A stretch of DNA of 64,000 nt, taken from positions 2,542,001-2,606,000 of the forward strand of contig CM060732.1 in NCBI GenBank assembly GCA_030704615.1. Reading direction: 5' to 3'. The position numbers and the translations under genes were made by a program. The notes below the pieces were generated by a model, which made no database searches, was not told the DNA's origin, and saw only the letters and a list, made by a program, of their open reading frames with translations. Positions 60,575-64,000 of this stretch are shown here, piece after piece (positions within the stretch are counted from its first letter, which is position 1; each line of letters opens with the position of its first letter). The DNA comes from Takakia lepidozioides. Lineage: Eukaryota > Plantae > Bryophyta.

Positions 60575-63500
60575 GGGGGCTGCTATTTGATGAGCCATGA
60601 GCCATGAGCGGCATGAGCCATGAGCAGAGTCATAAGTGTGGAAAAAAACATGAGCAGCACTATTTTCCGGAAATGAGTGTCCGCGGGAATAGGGTTTAGG
60701 GTGCCACGGTCATAGGGGGAGAAGGACCTCCCGATGAAGGAGGTTCGGCAATGTTATTTAGAATTATATATTGAAAGGCAAGTTTCGCGAATGGTAGGGT
60801 GGTACTGCTCTGTACAATGGGGGCCCATTTCAGCCTACCAGCCACTTGCAAAATCCACCCACACTCCCAATCCCAAACGAAATGAGCAATGACGCATTCT
60901 AGGAACGATGGACACAGAATAGAATAAAAAGAGGCACATTGATCCACATGAATTGCATTTGAAGCACGTCTACTGTGCTGATTGTGCAATCAAATCTTTA
61001 GCCCTGTGCCTACTGAATACAAGTCACGTTGTCAATGGGACTTCGACTGCTCTCAGAACTAGCTCATGAGTCATGGGGCTCCTCCAGGTAAAGTCGATTG
61101 CAGCCGTTGTACCGCCCCTAGTGATGTTCACCACAATGTCCTGCCTTCAATCATACCACCATCGAATATGGAAATCTCACGTTTTCGTCGTCCACACCAA
61201 TGCGAATGTCCCCATACAATGGAGAAGAGGAGCGCACTCCTTCAGGAGAATAGGTCTCTCCGATGGAGTCCACCCACGTCCAGTGGCAGCAGTTCCACCG
61301 CAACAGCATAGCAGTGCGCCTTTCTTCTGCATGGGTGACCGTCGTAGCTGGGAAAAATCGGAATTGAGGATGCGCAGGAGCCACGGACTCCTCAGACCAA
61401 AGATCGTCACCATCGCTCGAAGGCGTAGTGGCCTAGGATATACTCAAAAGCCACCATGTTCCACAATCGAACCAGTATCTTCTCATGTTATCTGTGTACC
61501 AGATAACAATGTCTCCCGATGTGGCCGAATACATTGCATAATCGATGCCTCCAAATGGGCAGTCGTCCCGGTTCCGGAAGCACGGCATCCTTGCAAAGGA
61601 GGACCTGAGGACGACTTGGATGCAGAATGACAATGACCTTGCGGACAGCTACGAAGCCCTTAGATTTTGGAAATGATGCGAAGCGGAAGAGAGTAGTCCG
61701 GCCTCCAATAATGGAGCATCTGGGTCCCACGTACTCACCGACGGAGGTGGAACGTGTTCATCACGCCGGCGGTGGAATGAACCCATACATCTTTCTCATC
61801 AACAAGTTAATAGTTTGAGATCTGCCCACCGAAGTCCATCCCCCCGATGGAAATTCGGCGCCGCATTTACATCGAAGAGGGGATGGACTTCGTCGTGTCC
61901 AGTGGCTATCGGCCCACCTGGCAGTGAGTGCCCATAGTTTGCATGGCAGGTAAGGAAACTGAAACGGCTACATTCATGAAGCAGCCAATCTTCATCGGTC
62001 TAGGATCCTGTAGGGGGGAAATTTAAATGTGCCGTGGAGTGTTTGTTGAGGAATTGCAGCGTTAGCTTGAACTTTTTCCAGCCACCGCGCTGCTCCTCCT
62101 CCATCCGGGAGGCTGCTGTCACGTCATTGAGCGTACTCCCTACTCTTTTTCAAGGATGCCGTGCCGCCGAAATCCACCGACTGCCATTATCATGGCCACG
62201 ATTATGCTATGTTCAAACCAGAATCAGGAGACATCATTGTCTGGCCTCCTGTTTTCACAGACGCTGCTGGAATCAAGCAAGAGTCTTTGCGCGCAATGGA
62301 GTATCTGGAGGGCTATTACCGCTTTGAGCGAGGTGAGGGCGAGGGTCAATGCGGTCCGTGGGTCCTGAAAATTGTTGACCTCGATATACCAAGCTGGAAA
62401 GGGATGCCGGACAGATCACGCATGGCCTCGCTTTGGCGCTGGAAACTGCTGCCAGTGGACCAGGGAGGACGGCACCGGGGGAAAACTATATACGTGCAGA
62501 TCACTCCGCTCTTCAGTGTTATGGAGACATTCGGCTGAGTTGCGAAGACGAATCGTACGGGCACATGAGGCCCACAGTGACCTTGTCAATGTATGATGGT
62601 GGTATCATTGATGGACATGACATTGTCGTCGGCTCCAGCAAGGGCAGCAGAACGACCGAATTGCAGTTTACCTCGAGGTGCCGCAACAGTGATGAGCTTG
62701 TTTTGAGGGGTATCGAAGTTCCGTCGACTTGGTGAAGCCCATGTAGAAGGAGGAAGGGCTTAGTTTGTCTGCAGTTGGTAAATGTGAGACATCGTGTCCG
62801 ATCAATAAACCCATCGTACCTCACTTCTGTATGAATTGTGTTCATTGTGTTGAATAACTGTCGGAATTGGCCACTGTTTACAATTTGATGTCTCATTTCT
62901 ACAATGTGTCTGTCCGGATGAATATAGCAGAGTAAACCGGTATGTGAGTCATGTGTCAAGAATATACAGAGTAACGCCATGGTCGGACATTGAAATGCGG
63001 CACCCGCATTTCCCATGTCGGACATCGAAATGGCGGTGGCAATCATTTTCCGTCCAGGTACACGAAATACCAACCACGGGTCTATAATTGGACAGACAAC
63101 GAGGTTGGCATTGGCAAATGCGGGCGACGCATTTCCAGCTTGGCAATGGAAACTTCTTTTTGGACAAGGGAATGCGTGCCGCATTTCCCGTCCAACACTT
63201 CGAAAAGTGTGACATTTCCCGACCATCCGCGATGGAATGCGTTACCGAGCATTTCCGTGAGAGGGGTCCTGCAAATGGACAAATTGCGATGTCCGTTTCT
63301 GGAAAATGCGGCGCCGCATTTTCCATGTCCGTCATCGACTTTTTTTTTACAATGGAAATGCGGTGCCAATTTTTGCTGATGGGGCCTGCAGTTCGACACA
63401 ACGACCATCCCCAATATGGAAATGCGGCACCGCATTTCAATTTCCGCCATCTCCGACCTCCTTGTTCGACCTCCTTGTTCGACCTCCTTGTTCGACCATC

Positions 63501-64000
63501 TGTAAGCGTGGTGGCATCCCCATGCAATGAGCGGGAAGAGGCCAAAACTGGCGTGTGGACAAAAGGAAATTTTGGAAATGCGGCACCCCGCATTTCCAAT
63601 CGGTCCGATTACTTTTTAACTTATGCCAACATTGAAATGGAAAATTTAGTCCCTCCCCTGTTTTGGAAATGCCGTGCCGCATTTCCAAAAAGAGGTTCTT
63701 AGAGTTGCCTAAATATTTTGGAAATGCGTGCCCCCATTTCTGATTTTGGGAGCGTCGTGGTTTGGAGCGATTGTGTGGCTGGAATGCCACACTGGAGAGG
63801 GGTCAACGAATGTCTGGCAGAATTTTCCTTTATATAACTCCTGGAAGAGAATTTACATTTACAGAGACTTCTTAAAATTCTATTAATCTTGAAAATCATC
63901 CGAATCCTCATCCTGTTCTAGACTGTCCTGCTCCGCCTCCACCCCTCAGTGCCTTTCTCATCTCCAGCGGAGGACTGCTCGTTGGCCAGGCTTTCGAAAA
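60575..64000 (-). mobile_element. Inverted copy of the right end of element A (TIR, both cargo paralogs, palindrome cluster, 3' end of ParB-MTase)
   Basis: Colinear with 19676 back to ~17010, plus the 28364-29236 segment; many small indels. Confidence 0.9.

Noticed and set aside
60575-64000. Programmed frameshifting or accelerated decay suggested by dense 1-bp indels
   Set aside because: The indels differ among copies and often fall in homopolymers, so sequencing/consensus error or neutral decay is more likely.

Overview
Eukaryotic, transposon-saturated DNA, most likely from a land plant: genes have GT-AG introns, there are PLS/E-class PPR remnants, CCCTAAA-like repeats and a CACTA remnant. 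About 85% of the window is a nested pile of one unusual group of large Mutator-like (MULE) DNA transposons. The best-preserved copy (element A, 5017-19676, 14.7 kb) has imperfect TIRs with TGAGCC subterminal repeats. It carries (i) a GCM-like Zn domain + MULE DDE + Cys-rich + SWIM transposase, (ii) a divergently transcribed ~10-exon gene fusing a ParB/Srx-like domain (DGNHR) to a beta-class N6A/N4C DNA amino-methyltransferase-like domain, (iii) regularly spaced arrays of the 22-bp palindrome GGAAATGCGG(C/T)(G/A)CCGCATTTCC, whose half-site resembles the GCM-binding motif, and (iv) one of a head-to-head pair of unknown paralogous ORFs (both present in other copies). Related subfamilies have their own palindromes with a shared TGYG-N4-CRCA core, and one appears to carry a Ulp1-like cargo. 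At least nine termini are visible, and several abut the ParB-MTase gene of sibling elements. All copies show frameshifts, stops or rearrangements, and some indels may be sequencing or consensus errors. Domain calls come from motif recognition by eye, with no database search.
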